Part shown: in pieces, positions 1-13,156 of the stretch
Numbering within the stretch: the stretch's first letter is position 1
How the letters are laid out: every line of letters begins with the position of its first letter
Origin: Candidatus Nitrospira inopinata
GTDB taxonomy: Bacteria; Nitrospirota; Nitrospiria; Nitrospirales; Nitrospiraceae
Reading direction: 5' to 3'
DNA: 32,000 nt
Assembly: GCF_001458695.1 (NCBI RefSeq)
Contig: NZ_LN885086.1
Span: 2,430,001-2,462,000 of the forward strand
Notes under the pieces: generated by a model
Told to the model about the DNA's origin: nothing
Databases searched by the model: none
The model's input: only the letters and a program-made list of their open reading frames with translations
Made by a program: the position numbers and the translations under genes

Positions 1-521
1 TGACACAGGAACAAATGAGGACCCGCATCCGTGAGTTGGGTCGACAGATCAGCGCGGATTACGCCGGCAAAGACCTTGTCTTGATCGGCGTCTTGAAAGG
101 GGCGTATGCTTTCTACGCGGATTTGGCCAGGGCCATCCGCATTCCGATACGGGTCGACTTTCTTGTGGTGACCACGGAGAAGACAAAAGGTGGGGCGCCG
201 GGGAAAGCCAAGTTGATTTCGGATTTGACCGAAACCATCACGGGAAAAGACGTTCTGCTGGTTGAAGATATCGTCGATTCGGGGCTGACGGCTCAGCGGT
301 TGCTCGCAGCCCTTGCGAAGAAAAAGCCGCGCAGCCTGAACATCTGCGCACTTCTCAGTAAGCAGGACGACCGGGTTGTGGACGTTCATGTCGCATACGT
401 CGGATTTACGGTTCCCAATCAATACGTCGTGGGCTATGGGCTCGACTATCAGCAAAAATACCGAAACCTCCCCTATCTGGCGGTCCTCGATGAGAAGGAT
501 CTTGCGAAGAAAAGGAAGTAG
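1..521 (+). CDS. hpt: hypoxanthine phosphoribosyltransferase, 5'-truncated by the window edge
   Basis: The frame is open from base 3 (TQEQ precedes the first Met). PRPP-binding loop VLLVEDIVDSGLT and C-terminal VVGYGLDY are typical of HPRT. Confidence 0.85.
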   Translation, partial: TQEQMRTRIRELGRQISADYAGKDLVLIGVLKGAYAFYADLARAIRIPIRVDFLVVTTEKTKGGAPGKAKLISDLTETITGKDVLLVEDIVDSGLTAQRLLAALAKKKPRSLNICALLSKQDDRVVDVHVAYVGFTVPNQYVVGYGLDYQQKYRNLPYLAVLDEKDLAKKRK

Positions 522-536
522 GGATATGGGGCGTTG

Positions 537-566
537 TTGTCAAGCCGATCGTTGCTGTGTTAACAT
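537..566 (+). promoter_or_regulatory. candidate sigma70-type promoter upstream of ftsH
   Basis: TTGTCA (537-542), 18-nt spacer, TAACAT (561-566). GAAGGAG ribosome-binding site lies just before the ATG at 630. Motif match only. Confidence 0.3.
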
Positions 567-629
567 CACATCAGTTTTGATCGACGAACGGTCCCGTTCA
601 GTTGTCACGTTAGCACGAAGGAGATTCGG

Positions 630-2444
<1,815 letters not shown>

Positions 2445-2489
2445 TCTCCGTCGTTCTCAATATCTTTTCAAGGTGCTTAACTTGCCAGG

Positions 2490-2532
2490 GGAGGTTGTGG
2501 GACCCCGGATCTTCCACAACCTCCTGTTTTTT
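2490..2532 (+). terminator. Rho-independent terminator after ftsH
   Basis: Perfect 11-bp stem GGAGGTTGTGG (2490-2500) / CCACAACCTCC (2514-2524) with a 13-nt loop, followed directly by TGTTTTTT (2525-2532). Confidence 0.75.
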
Positions 2533-2643
2533 CCCCAACCTTGCCCTGTGCAACAACCTTCGCAATTCCCGATAAAGCGGTTCATTGTTCCTGTTTCGGA
2601 GCGATCCTTTTCTTACCGGTCGAGCCGATGGAGGTGAAGGGGC

Positions 2644-3531
2644 ATGGAGTCGTCGGAGCCCCTGTCTCCTCACGGTCGGCTTTGGGCCAGGGGGTGCCTT
2701 ATCGCATGCTGGGAACGGCCTTTGATCATGGGAGTGGTGAATGTCACCCCTGATTCGTTTTATGACGGAGGCCGGCATAGTGAGCCAGAACAGGCCGTCG
2801 CGCATGCGTTGGAGTTGGTAGAGCAGGGTGCCGATATTCTGGACGTCGGCGCTGAATCGACCAGGCCTGGTGCGGCGCCGGTCGGTGAAGAAGAAGAACG
2901 AACGCGCCTGCTTCCGGTGGTGACTGAATTGGCTCGTCGGGTTGCGGTTCCGATTTCGGTGGACACGACCAAAGCCGCGGTCGCGCAGGCCGCTCTGGAC
3001 GCCGGCGCTTCCATCGTCAATGACGTCAGTGCGCTGCGGTTCGACCCTCGAATGGCATCGGTCGTGGCGCGATCCGGCGCCGGGGTGGTCCTTATGCACA
3101 TGAAGGGCACTCCTCTCACGATGCAAGAGGACCCGTGCTACCGTGACGTTGTTGAGGACGTCGTTCAATTTCTGGAAGAACGCATGCGAGTCGCCATGGA
3201 AGCGGGAATCTCGAAACTCAACATCATGCTTGATCCGGGCATCGGTTTTGGTAAGCTGCTGGAACACAACCTTGAACTTCTGAACCGGTTGGGTGAGTTG
3301 ATGAAACTCGATCGCCCGCTCGTTGTGGGACCCTCGCGCAAATCGTTTATCGGCCGACTTATTGGTCGATCGGCTGAACATCGGGAGTGGGGCACGGCCG
3401 CGGCGGTCGCACTCGCCGTCGATCGGGGCGCTCGAATTCTTCGGGTCCATGATGTGGCGATGATGGCCGACGTCGTCAAGGTGGCGGCGGCCATCGCATC
3501 TCGGAAGGCTTCAAACCGGGCAGGTGCATGA
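2644..3531 (+). CDS. folP: dihydropteroate synthase
   Basis: 295 aa. [25 protein letters not shown] and IVNDVS motifs. The stop overlaps the glmM start (ATGA). The exact start is uncertain. Confidence 0.9.
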   Translation: MESSEPLSPHGRLWARGCLIACWERPLIMGVVNVTPDSFYDGGRHSEPEQAVAHALELVEQGADILDVGAESTRPGAAPVGEEEERTRLLPVVTELARRVAVPISVDTTKAAVAQAALDAGASIVNDVSALRFDPRMASVVARSGAGVVLMHMKGTPLTMQEDPCYRDVVEDVVQFLEERMRVAMEAGISKLNIMLDPGIGFGKLLEHNLELLNRLGELMKLDRPLVVGPSRKSFIGRLIGRSAEHREWGTAAAVALAVDRGARILRVHDVAMMADVVKVAAAIASRKASNRAGA

Positions 3532-4880
3532 TGCGCAAATTGTTTGGAACCGACGGAGTTCGGGGGGTGGCCAATCTCCATCCGATGACCAGCGAAATGG
3601 CGATGCAGTTGGGCCGGGCGGCCGCCCATATTTTCATGAGGCGGGCGGGACGGCATCAAATCGTGATCGGCAAAGACACGCGGCTGTCCGGCTATATGCT
3701 CGAATCGGCTTTAACGTCCGGTATCTGTTCCATGGGAGTCGATGTGCTCTTGGTCGGACCGATGCCGACCCCGGCCATTGCGTTTCTCACGCGCAGCTTG
3801 CGAGCCGATGCGGGAGTCGTCATTTCCGCCTCGCACAACCCGTATCAAGATAACGGCATCAAATTTTTTTCGAGCGATGGATTGAAGTTGCCCGACGAAG
3901 TGGAGGCTCGAATCGAGCAGCTCATCGTCTCGGATGAGATTCGTCATCTCCGGCCGACCGCCGATCAGATCGGGAAGGCCTATCGCATCGACGACGCAGA
4001 CGGGCGATATATCGAGTTCGTCAAGCGGTCGGTTCCGCGCGATCTTGATTTTCAAGGCATCAAGCTGGTCGTGGATTGCGCCAACGGCGCCGCGTACAAG
4101 GTGGCGCCGACGGTGCTTAAGGAGTTGGGCGCCAAGGTCGAGGTGATCGGTAATCAACCCAACGGCATGAACATCAACGCGGAGTGCGGAGCTGTTCACC
4201 CTCAGACGCTCCAGAAGGCCGTGTTGGAGACTCGGGCGGATCTTGGCATTGCGCTGGACGGCGACGCGGATCGAGGGATCTTCGTTTCGGAACAGGGGCA
4301 AATCATCGACGGCGACCACGTCATGGCCGCCTTGGGGCTTGATCTCCATCGCCAAGGACTATTGGCCAAACGGACCGTCGTCGGCACGGTCATGAGCAAC
4401 TACGGGTTGGAACGTTCGCTGTCGAAAGCCGGCGTGACGCTGGTGCGCACTCCGGTGGGTGATCGCTATTTGTTGGAGCGGATGCAGGCGGACGGCTATA
4501 ATTTCGGCGGCGAGCAATCCGGCCATTTCATTTTTCTCGACCACAATACGACCGGAGACGGTTTGATTTCGGCGTTGCAAGTGCTGTCTCTTATGAAAAG
4601 AACGAAACAGCCCTTGTCGGAATTGGCCAGAGCGATGGAGCCGGTTCCGCAAATTCTTCGCAACGTCGAGGTGGCGAGGAAACCGGATCTTGAATCGATT
4701 CCCGAAATCCAGCAGACCATGCGAGAAAGCGAACGGCGGCTGAACGGTTGCGGGCGACTCCTGGTTCGGTATTCAGGAACCGAGCCGTTGCTGCGGATTA
4801 TGGTCGAGGGCGAGGAAGATGCTCTGATTCGGGAAATCGCCGAGGATCTGGCTCGCGTCGTACACAGACATCTCGCATAA
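3528..4880 (+). CDS. glmM: phosphoglucosamine mutase
   Basis: 450 aa. Phosphoserine loop [15 protein letters not shown] and metal-binding DGDADR. Confidence 0.95.
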   Translation: MMRKLFGTDGVRGVANLHPMTSEMAMQLGRAAAHIFMRRAGRHQIVIGKDTRLSGYMLESALTSGICSMGVDVLLVGPMPTPAIAFLTRSLRADAGVVISASHNPYQDNGIKFFSSDGLKLPDEVEARIEQLIVSDEIRHLRPTADQIGKAYRIDDADGRYIEFVKRSVPRDLDFQGIKLVVDCANGAAYKVAPTVLKELGAKVEVIGNQPNGMNINAECGAVHPQTLQKAVLETRADLGIALDGDADRGIFVSEQGQIIDGDHVMAALGLDLHRQGLLAKRTVVGTVMSNYGLERSLSKAGVTLVRTPVGDRYLLERMQADGYNFGGEQSGHFIFLDHNTTGDGLISALQVLSLMKRTKQPLSELARAMEPVPQILRNVEVARKPDLESIPEIQQTMRESERRLNGCGRLLVRYSGTEPLLRIMVEGEEDALIREIAEDLARVVHRHLA

Positions 4881-4905
4881 GCCGTGGTTTTTTCGTGAGG
4901 GGCCC

Positions 4906-7449
4906 ATGCTGCCGTCCCTCGCCGTCGCGTTTCTTCTGGGGCTGGTCTGCGGATCGTACCTTCCATTTTTCCCCCTTTCGATTTGCCTCTTCCTGGTAGG
5001 GTTGGCCGTTGGAGCCGGTCTGCTCGAACGGGCCGGTTTGATCGAACCGCGACGCGCAACGGTCCTTTACGGTTCACTGCTTGCCGGGGTGTTGTATTGG
5101 GTCGCCGCGACTCCATTCTCTCAGTCTGAACCCTTGCCTCGCGACCCCCTGATCTCTCCTCGCACCATGGTCATCGGTCGAATCATGGCACCGGTCCAGC
5201 ACGGCCCAGGACGGCAGACCCTCCTTGTTCGCCTTGAGGAGCCGGAGTCAGGGGCCCGAATCGTGCGCCTGGTCTGGCGGGAACCGGGCGAGGCCGTGCG
5301 CTATGGCGATCTGATCTCGTTTCGGGCGAAGCTTCGCCGGCCGACGGGACTCTTGAATCCCGGCGGGTTCGACTACGCGGCCTATTTGAAACATCAGGGG
5401 ATCGACGTGACGGCGTCAGTCAACGGCGTGGAGGCCGTGCAGGTGCTGGAACCCGGAGCGGAGACGTGGCGCTGGTTTGCAGGCAATCGGATCGACCGAT
5501 GGAGATCGACGATCAGGCAAGCGGCGGTGACGTCCTTGGCTCAGCCGGCGCTCGGGATTTTTCTCGGCATTATCATCGGGGAGCGGGGCTACCTTGAGCA
5601 GGATCTTCAGGAATGGTTCATGACGACGGGCACGGTGCATCTCTTGTCGATTTCCGGGTCGCATTTGGGGCTGGTCGCGCTGGTCGTCTTTTGGGTCGTC
5701 AAACAGGGCGTGAAACGCCTTCCCTTGGCGCCGTTGCTTCACCTGTCCCGTGTCATCACTCCATCACGAACGGCGATTCTGGTCACATGGCCGATTGTGG
5801 CGCTCTACGCCTGGTTGGCCGGAGCCGAGCTGGCGACGATTCGCTCGCTGGTGATGATCACGCTGGGCATGATCGCCTTGTGGCTGGGATATGAACGCCG
5901 CCTGTATCACGCGGTGGCCGCCGCGGCCCTGCTGATCGTGCTGCACAACCCGCACGCGATCTACGACATCTCGTTTCAGCTCTCCTTCGCGTCGGTGTTG
6001 ATGATCGTTCAATTGCTGTCCTGGCTGGAGTCCAAACCGGAAAACGAAGCCGACGGTTCGCTGACCCTCATGCGTCAAGCCGTCCGCTACGGCCGCGATG
6101 CGTTGCTGACGAGCACGGCGGTGACTGTGGGAACGGCGCCGCTTGTCGCCCTGTATTTTAATCAGATCCCTTGGATGGGGATTGCGACCAATCTCGTGGC
6201 GGTTCCGTTTACGGGGGGGCTGTTGGTTCCGCTGGGATTGCTTGCCGCGGCATGGACGGTCGTCGCCGATGCCGGGGGGCTTGTCATGGGCACGGTGTTG
6301 GAACCGTTGCTGGACGGGCTGGCGCAGGCGCTCCGTTGGTGCGCCGGCATTCCCGGAGGAGCATGGCATATAGCCGCTCCCTCGATGGTGTCGATGATCG
6401 TTTTCTACGCCGCGCTCGCCTCGGCCGTTGCAAGGTCGATGTCCCGTTCTCTTCGATTCATGGCGGCGACCCTCGTGGTTCTTACGATTGGATGGTGGGG
6501 ATTGTCGCCTCGCCTGGGACTGGACGGAGATCGTTGGCGCGTGACGTTCCTCGACGTCGGCCAAGGAGACAGCGCCGTGATCGAATTGCCGGACGGACGG
6601 ACGGTCTTGATCGACGGCGGCGTCAGGTACGAGCGATTTGACATGGGGCGGGCCGTCGTGGCGCCGTTTCTCTGGAACAGAGGCATCGACCATATCGACC
6701 ACGTTGTGGCGACCCATCAACAGCTTGATCACGTCGGAGGACTGATTTGGGTGCTCCGCCATATGCCGGTCGGACGGTATTGGCACAATGGAACCGAGCG
6801 GTCGGAGCAATTTGTCGCCGACTTAACGGCCGTGTTGGACGCAAAACGAATTCCCAAATCCCTTGCGGCTCGCGGGCAAGACCTGGTGCGGTCCGGATCT
6901 TGTGCGTTGACGGCTCTTAACCCGAGTTATGCGACGCCGAATCATGGAGTGCAAGAGACCGGAACGATCCGGCGGGACGGGACGTTTTTGAACAACCAGT
7001 CCATCGTCTTGCGGTTAAAGTGCGGGGAGCAGTCGCTGTTGTTTGCCGCCGATCTTGAGAGGGCGGGTATTCGGCGATTGGGTGAAGAGGGACGACAGCC
7101 GGTGACGGTGGTGAAAGTGCCCCATCACGGGGCGCGCAGCTCGCTCGATCGGGACTGGATCAGGCAGATTCAACCCCGGTATGCCGTCATTTCGGCCGGT
7201 CGAGGCAATGTCTATGGCCATCCGGTGGCCGATGTCCTGCAAGCCTATGCCGACGTGCAGGCGTCGGTGTTGCGGACCGATCGGGATGGAGCCATCTGGA
7301 TCGAGGGCCGGCTGTCGTCATCCGACCTAACCGTGATCCGTATGCGAGATCGGCTGATCGAACCCCTGTCATGGCGCCATTGCCTGTTGGAATGTGAGCG
7401 AGAAAATTGGCGCCGCGCTTGGATGCAATGGCGAGACCGTTGGGACTGA
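4906..7449 (+). CDS. comEC: DNA internalization competence protein ComEC/Rec2
   Basis: 847 aa. Long polytopic membrane core followed by a C-terminal metallo-beta-lactamase-like domain (FLDVGQGDS, ATHQQLDHVGG, VPHHG). Confidence 0.85.
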   Translation: MLPSLAVAFLLGLVCGSYLPFFPLSICLFLVGLAVGAGLLERAGLIEPRRATVLYGSLLAGVLYWVAATPFSQSEPLPRDPLISPRTMVIGRIMAPVQHGPGRQTLLVRLEEPESGARIVRLVWREPGEAVRYGDLISFRAKLRRPTGLLNPGGFDYAAYLKHQGIDVTASVNGVEAVQVLEPGAETWRWFAGNRIDRWRSTIRQAAVTSLAQPALGIFLGIIIGERGYLEQDLQEWFMTTGTVHLLSISGSHLGLVALVVFWVVKQGVKRLPLAPLLHLSRVITPSRTAILVTWPIVALYAWLAGAELATIRSLVMITLGMIALWLGYERRLYHAVAAAALLIVLHNPHAIYDISFQLSFASVLMIVQLLSWLESKPENEADGSLTLMRQAVRYGRDALLTSTAVTVGTAPLVALYFNQIPWMGIATNLVAVPFTGGLLVPLGLLAAAWTVVADAGGLVMGTVLEPLLDGLAQALRWCAGIPGGAWHIAAPSMVSMIVFYAALASAVARSMSRSLRFMAATLVVLTIGWWGLSPRLGLDGDRWRVTFLDVGQGDSAVIELPDGRTVLIDGGVRYERFDMGRAVVAPFLWNRGIDHIDHVVATHQQLDHVGGLIWVLRHMPVGRYWHNGTERSEQFVADLTAVLDAKRIPKSLAARGQDLVRSGSCALTALNPSYATPNHGVQETGTIRRDGTFLNNQSIVLRLKCGEQSLLFAADLERAGIRRLGEEGRQPVTVVKVPHHGARSSLDRDWIRQIQPRYAVISAGRGNVYGHPVADVLQAYADVQASVLRTDRDGAIWIEGRLSSSDLTVIRMRDRLIEPLSWRHCLLECERENWRRAWMQWRDRWD

Positions 7450-7541
7450 TGGAGCCGGAGCGTTCATAACACGGAGGGAATTTCTCGGCTGGATGAGAAG
7501 GGGCTTGTACTCCCGCGTGATTCCGGTTAGAAGATCCATCC

Positions 7542-8624
7542 ATGGTTCGCACGGTTGAATGGTCGAACGGGATTGTCCGGCTGTTGGATCAGAGTCGGCT
7601 GCCGGAAACGGTCGAGTTCCTTGATTGCCGGGATTACCGCGAGGTCGCCGACTCGATCCGCAGCCTGAAGGTCCGCGGCGCTCCCGCCATCGGTGTGACG
7701 GCGGCATTGGGGATCGCCCAAGGGGCGCAGGCTGTGGAGGAGAGGGACTATGAATCGTTTGTCGGCGCAGTGAATCGCATTTGCGACTGTTTGGCCGCGA
7801 CGAGGCCGACCGCCGTGAATCTCTTTTGGGCGATCGATCGAATGAAGCGGACCATTCAATCGCTGAAGGGCCGACCGATCGCGGCGATCAAGCAAGCCTT
7901 GATTGATGAAGCGTTGGCGATTCTTGAGGAAGACGTTCAACTGTGCCGGGCGATGGGGCGGCATGGAGCGGAACTCATCCAAGACGGCCAAACCGTCTTG
8001 ACCCATTGCAACGCCGGGGCGCTCGCGACGGCCGGCTATGGGACCGCGCTGGGCGTGATCCGCGCGGCATGGGAACAGGGCAAGAAGATCGCCGTCGTTG
8101 CGGATGAAACCAGGCCGGTCCTCCAAGGAGCGCGGTTGACCGCGTGGGAATTGATGCAGGATCGGATTCCCGTGACCCTCATCACGGACAACATGGCCGG
8201 CGCCCTCATGAGACAGGGCAAGATCGACCTGTGCGTGGTGGGGGCGGACCGTATCGCGGCAAACGGCGATGTGGCCAACAAGATCGGGACCTATTCGGTC
8301 GCTGTGCTGGCCAAGGCCCATGGCATTCCCTTCTACGTGGCGGCTCCCTATTCGACCATCGACACGCGGACACGATCAGGGGCCGACATTCCGATCGAAC
8401 AGCGCGATCCACTCGAAGTCACCACTATCCACGGCAGCCGCTCCATCGCCCCGGAAGGAGTCTCGGTCTATAATCCAGCCTTCGACGTGACTCCCGCGGA
8501 CTTCATCACCGCGATCATCACCGAACGAGGCGTTTTCAAGCCGAACGAACTGGTCGATGCGCTTCGTCTGAGCCGGATGCAGTCTCACCTGCAGCGTGAA
8601 GACGACGATTCTCGGGGCCAATGA
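7542..8624 (+). CDS. mtnA: S-methyl-5-thioribose-1-phosphate isomerase
   Basis: 360 aa. N-terminal LLDQSRLP...VRGAPAIG and [18 protein letters not shown] motifs of the MtnA/eIF-2B-like family. Confidence 0.88.
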   Translation: MVRTVEWSNGIVRLLDQSRLPETVEFLDCRDYREVADSIRSLKVRGAPAIGVTAALGIAQGAQAVEERDYESFVGAVNRICDCLAATRPTAVNLFWAIDRMKRTIQSLKGRPIAAIKQALIDEALAILEEDVQLCRAMGRHGAELIQDGQTVLTHCNAGALATAGYGTALGVIRAAWEQGKKIAVVADETRPVLQGARLTAWELMQDRIPVTLITDNMAGALMRQGKIDLCVVGADRIAANGDVANKIGTYSVAVLAKAHGIPFYVAAPYSTIDTRTRSGADIPIEQRDPLEVTTIHGSRSIAPEGVSVYNPAFDVTPADFITAIITERGVFKPNELVDALRLSRMQSHLQREDDDSRGQ

Positions 8625-8655
8625 GAAAATCTTCACACCCCATACGTTGAATAAG

Positions 8656-8684
8656 TTGCAACCCCTCCGGTGTCCACTTATAAT
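8656..8684 (+). promoter_or_regulatory. candidate sigma70 promoter of ndk
   Basis: TTGCAA (8656-8661), exactly 17 nt, consensus TATAAT (8679-8684). AGGAG site at 8721-8725 precedes the ATG at 8736. Confidence 0.55.
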
Positions 8685-8735
8685 GCGCCGCGACGTCATT
8701 CGTTTTCTTTTATTTTCTGAAGGAGTTATCAAATA

Positions 8736-9155
8736 ATGCCAGAAAGAACGTTAGCGATCATCAAGCCGGATGCCGTGAGAAAAAACGTGATCGGGGACAT
8801 TATCAACCGTTATGAAAAAGCCGGCTTAACGCCGGTCGCGATGAAGATGATCCACATGTCGAAGCCGGCCGCGGAAGGATTTTACGCCGTGCATAAGGCG
8901 AGGCCGTTCTTTGACAGTCTCTGCACGTTCATGTCATCGGGGCCGGCGGTCGTGCTGGTGCTGCAAGGCGACAACGCAATCAAAAAAAATCGGGAGCTGA
9001 TGGGCGCAACGGACCCCGCCAAGGCCGAGCCCGGAACCATTCGGCATATCCACGGCACGAACATTGAGTTCAACGCCGTCCATGGATCGGATTCTCATGA
9101 AACGGCGAACTTCGAGATCGGGTATTTTTTCCCCGGCATGGAAATTTTTGGATAA
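8736..9155 (+). CDS. ndk: nucleoside diphosphate kinase
   Basis: 139 aa. [12 protein letters not shown] start and active-site NAVHGSDS. Confidence 0.96.
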   Translation: MPERTLAIIKPDAVRKNVIGDIINRYEKAGLTPVAMKMIHMSKPAAEGFYAVHKARPFFDSLCTFMSSGPAVVLVLQGDNAIKKNRELMGATDPAKAEPGTIRHIHGTNIEFNAVHGSDSHETANFEIGYFFPGMEIFG

Positions 9156-9199
9156 CCCATCAAGAGACTCATTGACCTTCAAGTCGATCGCGCTCTTTC

Positions 9200-9229
9200 T
9201 TGACAAAGCCCGGCCGGTCCCACTACGAT
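9200..9229 (+). promoter_or_regulatory. candidate sigma70 promoter of gcvH-lpdA
   Basis: TTGACA (9200-9205), 18 nt, TACGAT (9224-9229). Motif match only. Confidence 0.3.
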
Positions 9230-9334
9230 CCGCGATCGTCACGGGCAAAAATTCGACTCACAGAGCTGGTGACCAGAAGAATCGCGCCGGCGACGTTCCG
9301 GCCGTTTATAACAACCGTTTCGCGTGGGGCATCC

Positions 9335-9724
9335 ATGATTCCATCGGATTTGCGATATCACACCGAGCATGAGTGGGTTCGCGTAGACGGCAAGCAGGCG
9401 ACCATTGGGATCAGCCATTTTGCCCAAGACGCCTTGGGCGACATTGTGTTCGTGGATTTGCCCAAGGTCGGTACCGCCGTCAAAAGCGGCCAACAGATCG
9501 GCGAAGTGGAATCAACGAAAACCACCAGCACCATTTACACGCCGGTGAGCGGAACGATCGTGCAAGTCAACAACGAACTCAAGGACCATCCTGAGCGGAT
9601 GAATTCCGATCCTTACGGCAAGGGGTGGATCACCGTCATTGAGCTGGCCGATCCGGGGGAAGTCGAACGATTGATGACGGCGCCGCAGTACGAAGCGTTT
9701 CTTGCCAGTCAAAAGACGGGTTAG
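9335..9724 (+). CDS. gcvH: glycine cleavage system protein H (lipoyl carrier)
   Basis: The track ORF opens at 9200. The family-typical N-terminus MIPSDLRYHTEHEWV starts at ATG 9335. Lipoyl-lysine motif GEVESTKT. Confidence 0.9.
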   Translation: MIPSDLRYHTEHEWVRVDGKQATIGISHFAQDALGDIVFVDLPKVGTAVKSGQQIGEVESTKTTSTIYTPVSGTIVQVNNELKDHPERMNSDPYGKGWITVIELADPGEVERLMTAPQYEAFLASQKTG

Positions 9725-9828
9725 GGTGAAGACGAACAAGAAAGGCACTGTACAACAGTCTTCATTCATAAGTCCGGAACCCTGACTCAGTCAGATTGAA
9801 AGCTGGGGCCCATCAGTCCCATCCCGCC

Positions 9829-11262
9829 ATGTCCGATCGCATTCACATTGCCATCCTCGGCGCCGGTCCAGGCGGCTATGTCGCCGCTATCCGCGCGGCT
9901 CAGCTTGGAGCCCGTGTGACAGTTATTGAACAACAAATTCTGGGCGGGGTGTGCCTCAATTGGGGCTGCATTCCCAGCAAGACGTTGCTGTCCATTATCG
10001 ATCTTGGCGACAAGCTGAAACAGGCGGGGGACCTCGGGATCATCCTGAACGACCAGCCGCGCTACGATCCAGCCAGGATGGTGGCCAGGAAAAACAAGGT
10101 CGTCTCAGGGTTGGTCAAGGGAATCGCGACGCTCTTCAAGGCATGGAACATCGACGTCGTTACGGGACGGGGGGAGTTGATCGACAATAAGACGATCGCC
10201 GTCATTGATGCCGCCGGCGCCACGACGCAGGTCCGGGCGGATGCGGTGGCGATCGCAACCGGTTCGTCCTGGCCGCAACTCCCACAGTTTCCCATCGACG
10301 GCAAGCGGATCATCACCAGCAGGGAGGCGCTGGACCTGGAAACGGTTCCCAAACGGATGGTCATTCTCGGCGCCGGTGTTGAAGGATGTGAATGTGCGAC
10401 ATTGTTTAGCGGGCTCGGCTCGGCGGTGACGTTGGTGGAGTTGCAGCCTCGCGCGCTTCCATTGGAGGATGACGACGTCTCGCTATTGATGGAGCGGGAG
10501 TTGAAAAAACGGTCGGTCGAAGTGAAGACCGGCACCACGATTCAAACAGTCGAACATCGGCCGGATGGATTGGCTGTGACGTTGGCCGATGGATCGACGG
10601 TCGAAGCCGACACGTTGTTGGTGTCCATTGGGCGGGGCTTTCGGTCGAAAGGAATCGGGCTGGACCGTGTCGGTGTGGCGCTGGGGCCACGGGGGGAAGT
10701 GCTGGTCAACGAGCGGATGGAGACCAACGTGCCTGGCGTCTATGCGATCGGCGACGTGGTCGGCAAGGCCATGTTGGCCCACGTGGCCTCGGCCCAAGGC
10801 AAGGTCGCGGTCGAAAATATTCTTGGCCGTGATTCCACCATGAATTACGATGTGATTCCAGCCGGCATCTTCACCTTGCCGGAGGTGGGCCGTGTCGGGT
10901 TGACGGAACGGCAGGCGCGAGAACGGGCTCAAGCGAGGGGGGACGATCCTGAGCGGGTCGTCAAGGTCGGGCGGTTTCGGTATGCCGCCTTGGGAAAAGC
11001 ACAGGCGACCGGAGAAACTGCCGGGCTGTTCAAGATCATCGCCGATGCCGCAACCGGCAAGATCCTAGGCGCGCATCTTGTCGGGAGCCACGCGGCGGAT
11101 TTGGTGCACGAAGTGGCGTTGGCCATGGAGGTCGGCGCGACCGCCGACCAGGTGGCTCGAATGATCCATGCCCATCCGACGTTGGCCGAAGGCATCATGG
11201 AGGCCTGCGAAGACCTCGAGGCCCTGGCCATTCACCAGGTGAGAAAAAGGAGCGGCGCATGA
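9829..11262 (+). CDS. lpdA: dihydrolipoyl dehydrogenase
   Basis: FAD fold ILGAGPGGYVAA directly after ATG 9829 (the ORF opens at TTG 9796). Redox disulfide GGVCLNWGCIPSK and C-terminal HAHPTLAE. Confidence 0.92.
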   Translation: MSDRIHIAILGAGPGGYVAAIRAAQLGARVTVIEQQILGGVCLNWGCIPSKTLLSIIDLGDKLKQAGDLGIILNDQPRYDPARMVARKNKVVSGLVKGIATLFKAWNIDVVTGRGELIDNKTIAVIDAAGATTQVRADAVAIATGSSWPQLPQFPIDGKRIITSREALDLETVPKRMVILGAGVEGCECATLFSGLGSAVTLVELQPRALPLEDDDVSLLMERELKKRSVEVKTGTTIQTVEHRPDGLAVTLADGSTVEADTLLVSIGRGFRSKGIGLDRVGVALGPRGEVLVNERMETNVPGVYAIGDVVGKAMLAHVASAQGKVAVENILGRDSTMNYDVIPAGIFTLPEVGRVGLTERQARERAQARGDDPERVVKVGRFRYAALGKAQATGETAGLFKIIADAATGKILGAHLVGSHAADLVHEVALAMEVGATADQVARMIHAHPTLAEGIMEACEDLEALAIHQVRKRSGA

Positions 11263-11768
11263 TTCGCTCATTGGCCATCAAGCTCGGCCTGCTGGCGGTC
11301 ACGATGGGTCTTGTCTGGTGGATGGCGTGGCAGGCTCCTGACGGCTTGGGTCCTGAGGCGCTCTCGCCGGACGAACCAGCGTCTGTCGCGGTTGAGGCTT
11401 CCGTCACAGAGCCACTACCCCCCAAGGAGCTTAAGGCGCAGGCTGGGGCGGCAGGTGCGCCAGCCGAGAACAACGTTCGAATCGAGCCGCGAACCAGCAA
11501 TCGCGCGGCTTCCCTTGTCCGATCCGGTTCGCTTGGACCTGTGGATCTCAATCGCGCCGACGTCAACGAGCTGGAATCGCTGCCCGGCATCGGAGCCGTG
11601 CTGGCGCGGCGTGTCATGGAGTATCGAGAATCGATCGGACGGTTTCAGACGATCGAGGATCTGCTAGCCGTCAAGGGGATCGGCCGTAAAACGCTTGAAC
11701 GGATCAGGCCGTTCGTGATGGTCTTGGAGCAGGAGCAAGCCGGCGGGGAGGGGAACAGACCCTCATGA
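11259..11768 (+). CDS. comEA: ComEA family DNA-binding competence protein (helix-hairpin-helix)
   Basis: 169 aa. N-terminal membrane anchor and C-terminal [25 protein letters not shown]...[11 protein letters not shown] HhH pair. 4-nt overlaps with lpdA and tyrS. Confidence 0.8.
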   Translation: MIRSLAIKLGLLAVTMGLVWWMAWQAPDGLGPEALSPDEPASVAVEASVTEPLPPKELKAQAGAAGAPAENNVRIEPRTSNRAASLVRSGSLGPVDLNRADVNELESLPGIGAVLARRVMEYRESIGRFQTIEDLLAVKGIGRKTLERIRPFVMVLEQEQAGGEGNRPS

Positions 11769-12994
11769 TCGACGTCAAAGAACAGTTGGAACTGATCGGG
11801 CGCGGCGCGGTGGAAATCATCCAGCCGGCGGAGTTGGAGGCCAAGCTGACCCGTTCGATTAAGGAAGGACGGCCTCTCCGGGTCAAGGCAGGCTTTGACC
11901 CCACCGCGCCGGATCTGCACCTGGGCCACACGGTGTTGATTCACAAACTCAAACACTTTCAAGACTTGGGCCATCAGGTCATCTTCTTAATCGGCGATTT
12001 CACCGGCATGATCGGCGATCCAACCGGCGTGTCGGAAACGCGAAAGGCGCTCACCAAGGAGCAGGTTCAGGAAAACGCCAAGACTTATCAACGGCAGATT
12101 TTCAAAATTCTCGATCCGGCAAAGACCCTGATCGAGTTCAACAGCCGCTGGATGGGGACGATGTCGGCCGAAGGGCTCATTCAACTGGCGGCCCACTATC
12201 GAGTGGCGCGCATGATGGAGCGGGATGATTTCCGCAAACGGTTCGAGGAGCAAAAGCCGATCAGCGTCCATGAGTTTCTCTATCCGCTCGTGCAGGGATA
12301 CGACTCCGTCGCCTTGAGAGCGGATGTGGAGTTGGGCGGGACCGACCAAAAGTTCAATCTTCTCGTGGGACGAGAACTCCAGCGGGACTATGGGCAGGAA
12401 TCGCAGGTGGTCATCACGATGCCGCTGCTTGAGGGAACCGACGGTGTCAAAAAAATGAGCAAGAGCGTCGGCAACTATATCGCGCTCGAAGACCAGCCGG
12501 GCGAGATGTTCGGCAAACTCATGTCGATCAGTGACGGACTGATGCTCCGCTACTACGAATTGCTCACCACCGAGGATCTCGATCGTGTGAAGTCCCTTCA
12601 TCCGATGGAGGCCAAGCAGTCATTGGCCGAATTGATCGTCGCTCGCTACCACGGCTTGGACGCAGGACGGGGGGCGAGGGCGGAGTTCCAGCAAAAGTTC
12701 CAAGCCCAAGAGTTCCCCGATCAGCCGGACAAGCATCTCATCCTGACGCCGGCCGACCTGCCGGAGCGGGATGCCGCCGGGACAAGCGGCATCAAGTTGG
12801 TGAAACTCATCGCTGCGACAGGATTGGTGGCCAGCGGCAGCGAGGCCAGGCGGTTGATCGTCCAGGGGGGGGTGGAAGTCGATGGTATGAAAGAGTCCAA
12901 TCCCGAGACGGTGATCGCGTTTCGCGAGGGACAGCAACGTCGCCTCAAGATCGGCAAGCGAAAGTTCGCGCTCGCCGAATGCAAAATGAACTAG
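11765..12994 (+). CDS. tyrS: tyrosine--tRNA ligase (type 2)
   Basis: 409 aa. HIGH-type motif DLHLGH, KMSKS loop, C-terminal S4-like domain [18 protein letters not shown]. Confidence 0.93.
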   Translation: MIDVKEQLELIGRGAVEIIQPAELEAKLTRSIKEGRPLRVKAGFDPTAPDLHLGHTVLIHKLKHFQDLGHQVIFLIGDFTGMIGDPTGVSETRKALTKEQVQENAKTYQRQIFKILDPAKTLIEFNSRWMGTMSAEGLIQLAAHYRVARMMERDDFRKRFEEQKPISVHEFLYPLVQGYDSVALRADVELGGTDQKFNLLVGRELQRDYGQESQVVITMPLLEGTDGVKKMSKSVGNYIALEDQPGEMFGKLMSISDGLMLRYYELLTTEDLDRVKSLHPMEAKQSLAELIVARYHGLDAGRGARAEFQQKFQAQEFPDQPDKHLILTPADLPERDAAGTSGIKLVKLIAATGLVASGSEARRLIVQGGVEVDGMKESNPETVIAFREGQQRRLKIGKRKFALAECKMN

Positions 12995-13099
12995 CAGGCC
13001 CCGGCCACCGTTCTCCCTTCTCCAACCGGCACAACAGTCTCCTCCGTGGCCTGCCGCACCCGTTCCCGTACGGCTTGACGCGAAAAGCTCCCGAAGTGA

Positions 13100-13128
13100 T
13101 TGACCCTTTCGGCTTCCTTCCGTATCCT
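13100..13128 (+). promoter_or_regulatory. candidate sigma70 promoter of the WYL regulator gene
   Basis: TTGACC (13100-13105), 17 nt, TATCCT (13123-13128). If real, the TTG at 13100 cannot be the start codon and GTG 13157 is favoured. Confidence 0.35.
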
Positions 13129-13156
13129 AGCGTCCGCCTGGATCGCGGGGTGGAGT

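Noticed and set aside
9156-9334. Possible glycine riboswitch or attenuator in the ~180-nt region upstream of gcvH.
   Set aside because: I could not find the conserved glycine-riboswitch core elements. There is only a weak 5-bp hairpin (GCCGG/CCGGC), which is not enough to call.
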